Source: Gemmatimonadaceae bacterium
Lineage (GTDB): Bacteria; Gemmatimonadota; Gemmatimonadetes; Gemmatimonadales; Gemmatimonadaceae
Length of the DNA: 64,000 nt
Assembly (NCBI GenBank): GCA_046599115.1
Contig: JBKJHG010000142.1
Location: 7,853 to 71,852, forward strand
Direction of reading: 5' to 3'
The first letter of the stretch is position 1; each line of letters opens with the position of its first letter. The position numbers were made by a program, and so were the translations under genes. This document shows, piece after piece, positions 1-9,123 of this stretch. Below the pieces are notes generated by a model that was not told the DNA's origin, made no database searches, and saw nothing but the letters and a program-made list of their open reading frames with translations.

Positions 1-487
1 TCGCGCTCCTGATTCGAGCGGCGGTGGCACTCCCGTCCGTGCACCGGACATATCATCGCTCTCGCCGACCGAGCGGGCCGACCGACTCTTCAATAAAGTG
101 ATGCTTCTTTACAGCCAGGGAAAATCCGACAGCGTGCAGTTCTTCGCGCCGATGGCGCTCACGTCCTATCAGATGCTCGGGACGATGAACAACGACCAGC
201 ACTATGACATGGGTCGTGTAGCGGAAGTCGCCGGAGCGGTTCCGCTTGCCAAAGCGCAGGCGGATTCCATTCTCAAGAACAGCCCCACACATTTGCTCGG
301 CTTGATCCTCGCCGCCCGTGTCGCCGGACTGCGAGGCGATTCCGCGGCCGTCCGCGCATTCGAGAAGCGCCTCGTCGCCGCGGAAAGGAGCGAATTGGCG
401 AAGAAACTCGACGAGTATGACCGCCACCAGGACGACATCGCCAACGGGATTGCCGAAGCGCGTAAGGCAGTTGGGGCGGCCAAGTGA
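1..487 (+). CDS. hypothetical helical protein, 5'-truncated by window edge
   Basis: Frame is open from position 2 (RAPDSSGGG...APDISSLSPTERADRLFNKVM) through ORF 98..487; stop overlaps mqnD start (GTGA). Confidence 0.7.
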   Translation, partial: RAPDSSGGGTPVRAPDISSLSPTERADRLFNKVMLLYSQGKSDSVQFFAPMALTSYQMLGTMNNDQHYDMGRVAEVAGAVPLAKAQADSILKNSPTHLLGLILAARVAGLRGDSAAVRAFEKRLVAAERSELAKKLDEYDRHQDDIANGIAEARKAVGAAK

Positions 488-1326
488 GCGACGCGACCAC
501 GATTCACCTCGCGCACAGCCCGGACTCCGACGACGCGTTCATGTTCTACGCGCTCGCCGATGGCCGGATCGATACCGAGGGCCTCACGTACATTCACGAG
601 TTGCAGGACATCGAGACTCTCAATCGCCGCGCGTTGCGCGCCGAGCTCGAGGTCACGGCGGTTTCGATCCACGCGTATTCGTACCTTTCCGACCGGTACG
701 CGCTGCTTCCGCACGGCGCGTCAATGGGAGACGGATACGGCCCTCGACTCGTCGCCAAGCAGCCAATCGAGATGGCGAAGCTGAGTGGTAAAAGGATCGC
801 GATTCCGGGAATGATGACCAGCGCGTACCTCGCACTTCGTCTCTACCTTCCGGATTTCGAGCCCGTCGTAACACCGTTCGATCAGATCGAGCAGGTCGTC
901 GCCAAGGGCGAGGTTGACGCCGGCCTGCTCATCCACGAAGGCCAGCTCACATATAAGGACGAAGGGCTGCATCTCATCGCCGATACCGGAAAGCTTTGGC
1001 GCGACGAGACCGGTCTTCCTCTCCCGCTCGGCGGGAACGTCATCCGCAAGGACATTCCGGACGACATTAGGCGCAAGATCTCAAAGCACCTGCGCGCGAG
1101 CATAGCTTACGCGCTTGATCACAGAAAGTCTGCTCTCGACCACGCAATGCAGTACGCCCGGGGGCTTGATCGCTCCAAGGCCGACGAGTTCGTCGGAATG
1201 TACGTGAATGACTGGACGCTCGATTACGGAGAGAAAGGACGTGCTGCGATCCGCCTCTTTCTCAAGCGCGGCGTCGAAGCCGGCATCGTTCGCGGGCCGG
1301 TCACGGTGGAGTTCGTTGACGACTGA
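484..1326 (+). CDS. mqnD: 1,4-dihydroxy-6-naphthoate synthase (MqnA/MqnD family, futalosine pathway)
   Basis: HSPDSDDAFMFYAL, DIETLN, GLLIHEGQLTY, LPLPLGG and MYVN motifs. Confidence 0.85.
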   Translation: MSDATTIHLAHSPDSDDAFMFYALADGRIDTEGLTYIHELQDIETLNRRALRAELEVTAVSIHAYSYLSDRYALLPHGASMGDGYGPRLVAKQPIEMAKLSGKRIAIPGMMTSAYLALRLYLPDFEPVVTPFDQIEQVVAKGEVDAGLLIHEGQLTYKDEGLHLIADTGKLWRDETGLPLPLGGNVIRKDIPDDIRRKISKHLRASIAYALDHRKSALDHAMQYARGLDRSKADEFVGMYVNDWTLDYGEKGRAAIRLFLKRGVEAGIVRGPVTVEFVDD

Positions 1327-3415
1327 TCTGATCGAAGAGCTCAAGCGGAGGGCCGCGAGGTTCGCCGCCGTTGCCACCGTTCAGCAGGCAATTTCCGCCG
1401 CGATTTCGGTGGAGGACGCCTACAAGGAGATCTACCGCGCAGTCGCGTCGGTTGTGGATGCTCCGTGCTTCACGCTGATGCTCGTCGATCCCGTCAACGA
1501 AACGTTCCACCCTCAGTACGTCGTCGTTGACGGTAAGGAGATCCCCACCGCGCAGGCGCTCGAGCTCCCGCTCGACATTCACGAAGTGGGCAAGGTATTT
1601 CACGACAGCGCGCCGCGCATTTCCGCCAACCCGGAGCGCTGGTGGGCGGGGACCGCTTACGATGTATCCGGATCCGATGTCCGTGTTAGCAGCGAGATCT
1701 CCGCTCCGCTCGTGTACGGTGGCCGGACGATCGGCGTGATGCAGGCACTGTCGTATCACAAAGGCAGCTACGATCCGCACGATGTCGCCTTGATAATGCT
1801 CATCGCCGGGCAGGCGTCGGTCGCGATCGAGAACGCGCGTCTTTTCGCGGCTCAGCGCAAGGAGCAGCGCCTCACCGAAGCCGCTGCCGAGATCGCTCGA
1901 ATCGCCCTCGGTAGAATCACGGTATCAGATGCGGCGAAGAAATTCCTGAACATCATCACCGACGTGATCCCGTCGCGCGGTGCCGCGATCGGCACCGCTT
2001 CCGACAACGAACAAGTGATTTGCTGCATCGCCGCGAGCGGCAGCTGCAAGGAGATGCAGGACACGTCGGCGCTAATTGCCAAAAGCGCGATGCGTGAAGC
2101 GTGGACGCGTGGAAAGCCGACGCTCGTGGATAACCTCCGGGTAAATGCCTTTCTTCCGAATGCCGTACCCTCCGAGCCGGGTCTCGTCATTCCGCTCATC
2201 GCGGGCGACCGTCGCATCGGCGTGCTCATCGTCACCGCCGAAGGGCGTACTCTGCATTCAGACGAGACCGTCAGCGCCCTTCTTCGCCTTGGCCCCGCCG
2301 TCGCTCTGGCAGTGGACGTTCTGCTGCTGGGAGAAGAAGAGCGCCGCACCCACGCCCGTGAGCGAACACTCGCCGCCGCGTTGGCGACGATGGACCAGCC
2401 GGTGCTCATTCTCGATGCGGGCGCGCGCGTCCAGTACGCGAACAGCGCCGCTATGCGCGAGTACGGCTATGAAGCGGGCGAGATTGCCGGAATGTCAGTG
2501 GACGATTTCGTCGTCGCGTCTGCCGAGCTATCGAGAAGGCAGACGATTCCCGAGGGGCAGGATCGCGGTCTTTGGACGGGCGAGCACGTGCACCGCCGCA
2601 AGGATGGAAGCGAATTTCCCGCCGCCGTCACGCTGAGCCACATCCGCGACGGCGCAGACGGCATAGTCGGTCTCGTCATCGGAATTCGAAATCTCTCCGA
2701 AGAGCGACAGATCGCCGAGCATCTTCGCCGCGCCGAGAAGCTTGCCGCGGTCGGAGAACTTGTCGCCGGAGTCGCGCACGAGCTGAACAATCCACTCACC
2801 GGCATTTCCACGTTCGCACAGCTCCTCCTCGAGGAAAAGCTCGAAGGCGAGCAGGCGGAGTCGGTGCAGCTCATCAAGCGCGAGGCCGACCGCGCCATCG
2901 GAGTCATTCGCGATCTGCTGCTCTTCGCGAGGAAGACCGAGCCGCGCGACGTCCCGGTGGACATCAACACCATCGTGCGGCACACGATTAGACTCCGGTC
3001 TTATGCGTCACGCTCCAGCGGAATCGAGGTTCACACGCATCTCGATCCGAGCAACCCCCAGGTTCGCGGCGACGACCAGAAGCTCCAGCAGGTTCTCCTC
3101 AATCTGCTCGTCAACGCCGAGTACGCGATGCAGGACGTCCACGTTCGGCATCTTTCGATTATGACGAGGAAAGAGCGGGGCAAGGTCAACATCGTCATTT
3201 CTGATACCGGGCAGGGAATGCCCGACGATGTGAAGGAGCGGATCTTCGAGCCATTCTTCACTACCAAGCCGGCAGGCGTGGGAACGGGCCTCGGATTGAG
3301 CGTGAGCTATGGCATCATCCAGGGCCACAGTGGCAGTATATCGGTGGACAGCACCCCGAATGTCGGAACCACGTTCACAGTGACGCTTCCACTCTCGCAC
3401 CAGTCAGCGATATGA
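1316..3415 (+). CDS. GAF-GAF-PAS sensor histidine kinase
   Basis: H-box [12 protein letters not shown]-box [27 protein letters not shown]; PAS C-terminal RRKDGSEFP; start moved to in-frame TTG 1316 overlapping the mqnD end. Confidence 0.9.
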   Translation: MTTDLIEELKRRAARFAAVATVQQAISAAISVEDAYKEIYRAVASVVDAPCFTLMLVDPVNETFHPQYVVVDGKEIPTAQALELPLDIHEVGKVFHDSAPRISANPERWWAGTAYDVSGSDVRVSSEISAPLVYGGRTIGVMQALSYHKGSYDPHDVALIMLIAGQASVAIENARLFAAQRKEQRLTEAAAEIARIALGRITVSDAAKKFLNIITDVIPSRGAAIGTASDNEQVICCIAASGSCKEMQDTSALIAKSAMREAWTRGKPTLVDNLRVNAFLPNAVPSEPGLVIPLIAGDRRIGVLIVTAEGRTLHSDETVSALLRLGPAVALAVDVLLLGEEERRTHARERTLAAALATMDQPVLILDAGARVQYANSAAMREYGYEAGEIAGMSVDDFVVASAELSRRQTIPEGQDRGLWTGEHVHRRKDGSEFPAAVTLSHIRDGADGIVGLVIGIRNLSEERQIAEHLRRAEKLAAVGELVAGVAHELNNPLTGISTFAQLLLEEKLEGEQAESVQLIKREADRAIGVIRDLLLFARKTEPRDVPVDINTIVRHTIRLRSYASRSSGIEVHTHLDPSNPQVRGDDQKLQQVLLNLLVNAEYAMQDVHVRHLSIMTRKERGKVNIVISDTGQGMPDDVKERIFEPFFTTKPAGVGTGLGLSVSYGIIQGHSGSISVDSTPNVGTTFTVTLPLSHQSAI

Positions 3416-4449
3416 TGAAAGTTCTGGTCGTTGACGACGAAGAAACGATCCGTCTTGCGCTGAGAAAATTTCTCCGTTCGCGCGGTTTCGAGGTCGAAGT
3501 CGCCGCGTCCGGCGAGGCAGCGCTCAAGCTTGTTGGCGAGCACATCTTCACGTTGATGCTGTGCGATGTGCGGATGCCGGGAATGACCGGCGTCGAGCTC
3601 ATTCCGAAAATGCTCGCCAAGGAGCCGGACCTGGCGATCATAATGCTCACCGCGGTCAACGATGCCGCCACCGCGACCCAAGTGTTGTCCTCCGGCGCCA
3701 CGGATTACTTGATGAAGCCGGTCGAGCTCGCCGATCTTCAGCAGGCGCTCGAGCGCGCGCTCGCCAAGCGCTCCGGCCTCATCGAGCAGCGCCGCGTCGA
3801 GCAGCTCATTCGCGAGGAGGTAGCGCTGCGCACCGCTGAGCTCGAACAGGAAAAGGAATCGCTGCGACTGATGACGGTCAGCATCGCCGAAACGCTGATC
3901 AACGCGATGGAGGCCAAGGACGTTTACCTCCGCGGACATTCGCAGCGCGTGGGCAGACTCGCCGGCGAGATCGCCGAAGAGCTCACCCTCGACACGAACG
4001 ACTGTGACGAAATCCGCCTCGCCGGACGCCTGCACGATGTCGGAAAGATCGGAATCCGCGAAGCCGTTCTGAACAAGCCCGAGGCGCTGACGTTCGATGA
4101 GTTCGAACACGTCAAGGCGCACGTGAAGATCGGAATGGACATTCTCGCCCCGCTGCCACACATCAAGAATTCCCTCTCCTACCTCGCGCACCATCACGAG
4201 AAATGGGACGGCGGCGGCTATCCTGCGGGCATCAAGGGAGAGGATATCACCCTCGGCGGACGAATCTTGTCCGCTGCGGACACATACGATGCGCTTACGT
4301 CCAAACGTGCCTATCGAGATCCGCTCGCACCCGAAGTCGCGCTCAAACACCTCGAATCAGAGGTCGGATCGCACCTTGATGAGGACGTCTATCGCGCGCT
4401 GGAGAAGGTCATCAGGCGCAGAATTGGGGCGGAAGACCAAACCACCTGA
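3412..4449 (+). CDS. response regulator with HD-GYP cyclic-dinucleotide phosphodiesterase domain
   Basis: REC (VLVVDDE, CDVRMP, KP) followed by LHDVGKIG and HHEKWDGGGYP. Confidence 0.92.
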   Translation: MMKVLVVDDEETIRLALRKFLRSRGFEVEVAASGEAALKLVGEHIFTLMLCDVRMPGMTGVELIPKMLAKEPDLAIIMLTAVNDAATATQVLSSGATDYLMKPVELADLQQALERALAKRSGLIEQRRVEQLIREEVALRTAELEQEKESLRLMTVSIAETLINAMEAKDVYLRGHSQRVGRLAGEIAEELTLDTNDCDEIRLAGRLHDVGKIGIREAVLNKPEALTFDEFEHVKAHVKIGMDILAPLPHIKNSLSYLAHHHEKWDGGGYPAGIKGEDITLGGRILSAADTYDALTSKRAYRDPLAPEVALKHLESEVGSHLDEDVYRALEKVIRRRIGAEDQTT

Positions 4450-4601
4450 ATTTGCCGCCTTGACGGCGCGCTTCCGTTGCCGTATTCGGGGGAGAGCGCG
4501 GTTGAGGTCGAGCACGCGAAGGCACGTTTGGTGCACCGCCAAAATACCCTATACACGCGCGCGCCCGTCGTCCGACCGGCAAACGTACCTGAGGAGGAAT
4601 A

Positions 4602-5294
4602 ATGCAGAGCCGTGGTGATGAATCAGTGGAGCCCCTTCGTTTTGCCGATGACGATGACGACGCCGAGATCGGCGGATTCACCCGCGGCAAGCGCTCCTAC
4701 GATGAGGACGAAGACGAGGACGGCGGCTGGGCGCTGAACGAGGATCACAGTGCGCGACTGTGGGACAGCGCCGACGACGTTGACGACGAGGACGCGGACG
4801 AAGAAGGTACAACGCCTTCCGAGCCGGCCGACGATGAAGAAGAGGAGGAGGCCGACCTCTTCGGTGCCAGCCCGATTCGCGGGCGTCGCGGGCGTCCGAA
4901 GGGATCAGGAAAAAAGCAGGAGCAGCCATCGGTGTTCTCCGATGCCGCTGACATTTTTTCCGATCATCCCGCCGCCCCGCTCGCCGCGGCACCGGTATTG
5001 AGATCTTCGCCCGCAGCGACCGCCTCGAAATCCACCCCGGCGCGCAGTGCGGCGACCGCGGCGGCGAAGCCAGCCAAGGCTTCCAAGCCGACCGCCGCGA
5101 AGGCCAAGCCGACTGCCACGAAGGCCAAGCCGGCAGCGAAGAAGCCAGAGATGAAGAAGGTGGCGAAGAAGAAAACCGCTCCGAAGAAAGCCGGCGGCAA
5201 GAAAAAGCCCGCGCCCAAGCCGAAAGCCCCTGCGAAGAAAGGAAAGAGCGCGCCGAAGAAAAAGGAGGCGAAGAAGGGCGGGCGTCGTCGCTAG
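4602..5294 (+). CDS. disordered protein: acidic N-half, AT-hook-like RGRP, Lys/Ala/Pro-rich histone-H1-like C-tail
   Basis: GAGGAGG RBS upstream; D/E-rich then K/A/P-rich composition. Confidence 0.75.
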   Translation: MQSRGDESVEPLRFADDDDDAEIGGFTRGKRSYDEDEDEDGGWALNEDHSARLWDSADDVDDEDADEEGTTPSEPADDEEEEEADLFGASPIRGRRGRPKGSGKKQEQPSVFSDAADIFSDHPAAPLAAAPVLRSSPAATASKSTPARSAATAAAKPAKASKPTAAKAKPTATKAKPAAKKPEMKKVAKKKTAPKKAGGKKKPAPKPKAPAKKGKSAPKKKEAKKGGRRR

Positions 5295-5309
5295 CTCCTT
5301 CTTCAGTCT

Positions 5310-6359
5310 ATGAGAGATCCAATCGAAGGCGACGAGGAAAGCAGCGCGCCGTGGCGTAAGATTCTCGTTTCCAGTGGCGCGCTCCTTGGCGTCGCCGCTG
5401 CGTACAATGTCTTCGCTCGGAAAGGCGTAGATCAGCTCCCGAATCTCGTCGGTGGCGAGGAGGGAGGATTCGAGTGGCGTGATCGCCGGATCGCTTTCAC
5501 CAAACGCGGGAGCGGGCCGCCGATTCTCCTCATCCACGGAATCCACGCCGCGGCCTGGTCGTATGAGTGGCGCAACAATGTCGACTACCTCGCCCGCAAT
5601 AATACCGTTTACACCATCGACCTCCTCGGCTTCGGCCGATCGGACCGGCCGCCTATCAAGTATTCGGCCCGCCTGTACATCTCGCTCATCTCCGATTTCG
5701 TGGGAAGAGTCATCGGAGAGCCGTGCGTCCTCGCCGCGACTTCTCTCTCCGGCGCGTACGCCGCAGTTCTCGCGGCTCGTGATCCGGAGCGATTTCCGGC
5801 GCTCATTCTGATTGCACCGAGCGGGTTGGTGCGGCTTAATCAGCCGGCGACGATCACGGGAGAGGCGGGACGGTTTGCCGTTGACGCGCCCATCGCTGGA
5901 ACAGCGATGTTCAACGCGCTCGTTTCGCGCCGAAGCCTGCGCCATTTCCTGCGCCGGACCTACTATGACGATGCTCTCGTCACGCGCGAGCTGGTCGACA
6001 CCTATTACACCGCGTCGCATCAGCGCGGCGCGCGCCACGCACCCGCGGCCTTTCTCTCGGGTCATCTCAACATTGACGTGAGAAATGCGATCCGCCGCCT
6101 CACCCAGCCTGCTCTTCTGGTCTGGGGCGAGGAAGGCTCGATGACTCCGGTTGAGGAATACCGCGGATTTACCGCTCTCAATCCCGACTTCGAGCTCTCG
6201 GTGTTGTCGCCGGCGGGCGATCTTCCGCACGACGAGCGATCAGAGGACTTTAATGTTATCGTTTCCCAATGGCTGAATCGCCTGTCGCTCTCCTCCGTGC
6301 CCACGCAAAACACGCCCCCTGGAATGCCAGAGGGCTCGCCGCTCACGCCACCGCTCTAG
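5310..6359 (+). CDS. alpha/beta fold hydrolase family protein
   Basis: PILLIHG, DLLGFGRSDRP, LLVWGEE; atypical elbow ATSLSG. Confidence 0.85.
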   Translation: MRDPIEGDEESSAPWRKILVSSGALLGVAAAYNVFARKGVDQLPNLVGGEEGGFEWRDRRIAFTKRGSGPPILLIHGIHAAAWSYEWRNNVDYLARNNTVYTIDLLGFGRSDRPPIKYSARLYISLISDFVGRVIGEPCVLAATSLSGAYAAVLAARDPERFPALILIAPSGLVRLNQPATITGEAGRFAVDAPIAGTAMFNALVSRRSLRHFLRRTYYDDALVTRELVDTYYTASHQRGARHAPAAFLSGHLNIDVRNAIRRLTQPALLVWGEEGSMTPVEEYRGFTALNPDFELSVLSPAGDLPHDERSEDFNVIVSQWLNRLSLSSVPTQNTPPGMPEGSPLTPPL

Positions 6360-6814
6360 TCGACGCGGCCGGCATTCGGCCGACAAATGCGTCCGCGCGG
6401 GCGGCGCCGACCGCGCGCGCCGTTCGATTCTACGTAGCGAGTGGGCTTCTCGATCATCCGGAGGGAACGGGGACCGGTGCAACCTACGGTTACCGGCATC
6501 TCCTTCAGCTTTTGTCGATCAAGATCCGGCAGCGCGAAGGACAGAGTCTCGAGTCAATAAAGGCCGAGATGAAAGAGCTCACCGGCGACGCGCTTGAAAA
6601 AAGAATCGCGCAATCCTTGGCGCCGGCACTGGGAGCCGGAGCGCATTCCGTCGCGGCGTCAGATGACGAGACGCCACTCCGTTGGCGACGGCTCCCGGTC
6701 GCCAACGGAATCGAAATCCACGTTCGCGAGGATTCGCCTGCGGCGTCCGACGACGCCATCGTCGCGATGCGCGAAGCCGTTCGCTCCGCCCTCGGCCGCG
6801 AAGACCTCCGCTAG
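6269..6814 (+). CDS. MerR-like helix-turn-helix protein
   Basis: TARAVRFYVASGLLDHPEG...ATYGYRHLLQLLSIK...GQSLESIK resembles a MerR winged HTH; overlaps upstream gene by 91 nt. Confidence 0.75.
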   Translation: MAESPVALLRAHAKHAPWNARGLAAHATALVDAAGIRPTNASARAAPTARAVRFYVASGLLDHPEGTGTGATYGYRHLLQLLSIKIRQREGQSLESIKAEMKELTGDALEKRIAQSLAPALGAGAHSVAASDDETPLRWRRLPVANGIEIHVREDSPAASDDAIVAMREAVRSALGREDLR

Positions 6815-6851
6815 CTCGCGCTCATCGCCGCGGCACCGGCGGCCGACGGTG

Positions 6852-8150
6852 CTAAAGAACCCGTCTGAGCTTCTGGGCGCCCCATTCGAGAATGCGGCCG
6901 GGCAGCGGACGCTTGCGGAACCTCGCCAGATTCATCTCCTCGGATGACTTGATGTCGTCGAAGAAGATCGAGTCCATCTGAGCGCCGATTTTCCTGTCGA
7001 GGACCAGGAGCAGAGATTCGTTGTTGAACGCCAGCGAGCGATTGTCGAAATTCATTGATCCGATCTGCGACCACACGCCGTCAACGACCATCGTTTTCGC
7101 GTGCATCATTGCCGGTTTGTACTCGTAAACCTTGACTCCCCCTGACAGCAACGCGTCGTAGTAGGTCCGTCCTGCGTACCAGGTCGTCTTCACGTCGGTT
7201 CTCTCACCGACCGTCAGCACTCGCACGTCAACCCCGCGCCGCGCTGCCTTCAGCAACAGCTGCATAAAATTCTCGCCGGGGACGAAATATGAGTTCGTGA
7301 TATAGAGCGTCTTCTGCGCACCCGCGATCGAGAGTGCGAGGAGGCGCTCCGCCGGAGTGCTGCCCGACGAAGGCACGCTGTGCATCAGGCCCGCCTGCGT
7401 CTGCCCGGCCGCGGCGAACGACGCACGCGGGAAAAACAGGTCGCCCGTCAGGAGCTCTCCGGTCGCCTCCGCCCAGCCTGCCGCGAACGCCGCCTGGAGC
7501 GAGCTCACCGTCGGGCCTTCGAATCTCACGTTCGATTCACGCCATTGGTCGTCGTGATGCCCGTCTCCCAGCCAGTAATCGGCGAGGCCGAACCCTCCGG
7601 TATATCCGATGTGACCGTCAATTACGATCGCCCGGACGTGCGACCGCTGCGCCGCCTTGTTGAGTGAATACCATCGCAGCGGTCGAAGCCATACGACTTC
7701 CACGCCGGCGTGCTTCAAATTTTGGATCCATTCCGGCTTGAGCGGCTGCGAGCCGAACGCATCGAGCAGCAGCAGCACACGCACCTTCGCGCGAGCCTTC
7801 ATCACCAGATACTTCTCGAGCGAATCGGCGACTGCGCCCGGCTGCGAGTAATACATCTGGACCGTAATCGTACGCTGCGCCGCGGCGAGGTCGCGCCAAA
7901 GAGGAGGATAGGTGCCGTCTCCGTTGAGAAGCACCTCGACTTTGTTGCCCGGATCGATGTGCGTGCCCGTGTAGAGCTCAATCGAGCGGGGAAAGAGCGA
8001 GTCGCTCACACTCGGCGGCCCATCCTTGTCCCCTTCGGCAATGACGTTCTTGACCGGGGTATCCCGGGTGACCGACAGCATGCCTATCAGCGCCAAAACC
8101 AACGCCAATAGCAGTCCGACGACAAAAGTGATGTACTTTATGATGCTCAT
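6852..8150 (-). CDS. cls: cardiolipin synthase-like phospholipase D
   Basis: Two PLD motifs (SHVRAIVIDG, variant; MHAKTMVVDG), GSMNFDNRS, N-terminal TM helix. Confidence 0.85.
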   Translation of the reverse strand: MSIIKYITFVVGLLLALVLALIGMLSVTRDTPVKNVIAEGDKDGPPSVSDSLFPRSIELYTGTHIDPGNKVEVLLNGDGTYPPLWRDLAAAQRTITVQMYYSQPGAVADSLEKYLVMKARAKVRVLLLLDAFGSQPLKPEWIQNLKHAGVEVVWLRPLRWYSLNKAAQRSHVRAIVIDGHIGYTGGFGLADYWLGDGHHDDQWRESNVRFEGPTVSSLQAAFAAGWAEATGELLTGDLFFPRASFAAAGQTQAGLMHSVPSSGSTPAERLLALSIAGAQKTLYITNSYFVPGENFMQLLLKAARRGVDVRVLTVGERTDVKTTWYAGRTYYDALLSGGVKVYEYKPAMMHAKTMVVDGVWSQIGSMNFDNRSLAFNNESLLLVLDRKIGAQMDSIFFDDIKSSEEMNLARFRKRPLPGRILEWGAQKLRRVL

Positions 8151-8203
8151 TGTTCTGCTGAGGATAACCTCATTCGACAGATAATTAGCAACCTTCCTCC
8201 TAA

Positions 8204-9055
8204 ATGAATATCGTCGCCCGCCGAAAAAGCACGGCGCGCGCTATCGTGCTCGATCGTTCGCTTGAATCGCTCCCGATATTCCGGCTGAGCGATTCCGCCG
8301 ACGACTCGGCCATCTCTTTCGCTCCCGACAGCGGCGGACGCTGGCGCGTGCTGCCTGCCCCCGGCGACCGCCTTCCCGGAACCTTTGATCAGGACGTCTA
8401 TGTCGAGATCCTGCATCGCTACAATGATGCCGGATTCCCTGGTGACGGCGTAATCTCCTTTACTCTTCACGCATTCCTCCGGTCCATCGGCCGCCGCGTT
8501 GACGGCAGAACTTACGAACAGCTCCGCTCCGCGCTTACGCGCCTCGAGCGCACAACGCTGGAGTCCGGCGGCGTGTACACTATCGCGTCCGACGGAACGA
8601 AGCTCGACGGTCAATTCACCATTTTGTCCTCGGTGATGATCGCCCGCCGCCGCGTCGCGGAAAGGGATCAGTTCACTCTTTTCCCCGTCCTCACCGCGTC
8701 CGAGCCGGGCGACGCCAGAGTCACTCTAAGTCCGCTCATCAGAGCGAACATCGCCGCCGGCCACACCGTCAGCCTCTCGACACTGCACTATCAGTCGCTC
8801 ACCAATCCCGTCGCCCGTCGGCTCTACCGATTGCTCGAGGTCGCGCGCCAGGATGGTATGGTGACCTGGAGAATGCCGCTCGACCGCCTGGCCGAACAGC
8901 TCCCCCTCACACAACGATATCCCTCGCACCTCCAACGCGTTCTTCAGCCGGCGCATGAAATGTTGATCGCATCCGGACTTCTTCGGGACGCGGCGTTCAG
9001 GCAGATAAGCCGGGCGTGGTTCGTTGACTACGTGCTCGCCTCTCGGCTCGCGTGA
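8204..9055 (+). CDS. replication initiator protein A-like (plasmid RepA/TrfA-like winged helix)
   Basis: PIFRLS, LPGTFDQDVY, FTLHAFLRSIGR..GRTYEQLRSALTRLERT, Y..LTNPVARRLYRLL pattern typical of plasmid replication-initiator families. Confidence 0.65.
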   Translation: MNIVARRKSTARAIVLDRSLESLPIFRLSDSADDSAISFAPDSGGRWRVLPAPGDRLPGTFDQDVYVEILHRYNDAGFPGDGVISFTLHAFLRSIGRRVDGRTYEQLRSALTRLERTTLESGGVYTIASDGTKLDGQFTILSSVMIARRRVAERDQFTLFPVLTASEPGDARVTLSPLIRANIAAGHTVSLSTLHYQSLTNPVARRLYRLLEVARQDGMVTWRMPLDRLAEQLPLTQRYPSHLQRVLQPAHEMLIASGLLRDAAFRQISRAWFVDYVLASRLA

Positions 9056-9123
9056 GGGAACCATCCCTGCCCCCGGAAGTACCTATCATATAGGTTTCGC
9101 CTTGGCCTCTTACATCCAATAGC

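Noticed and set aside
1208-1315. Upstream ATG start of the histidine kinase
   Set aside because: Lies 119 nt inside mqnD; the TTG at 1316 gives a normal short overlap
4905-6230. 441-aa minus-strand ORF
   Set aside because: Antisense shadow of two well-supported + strand genes; common in GC-rich DNA
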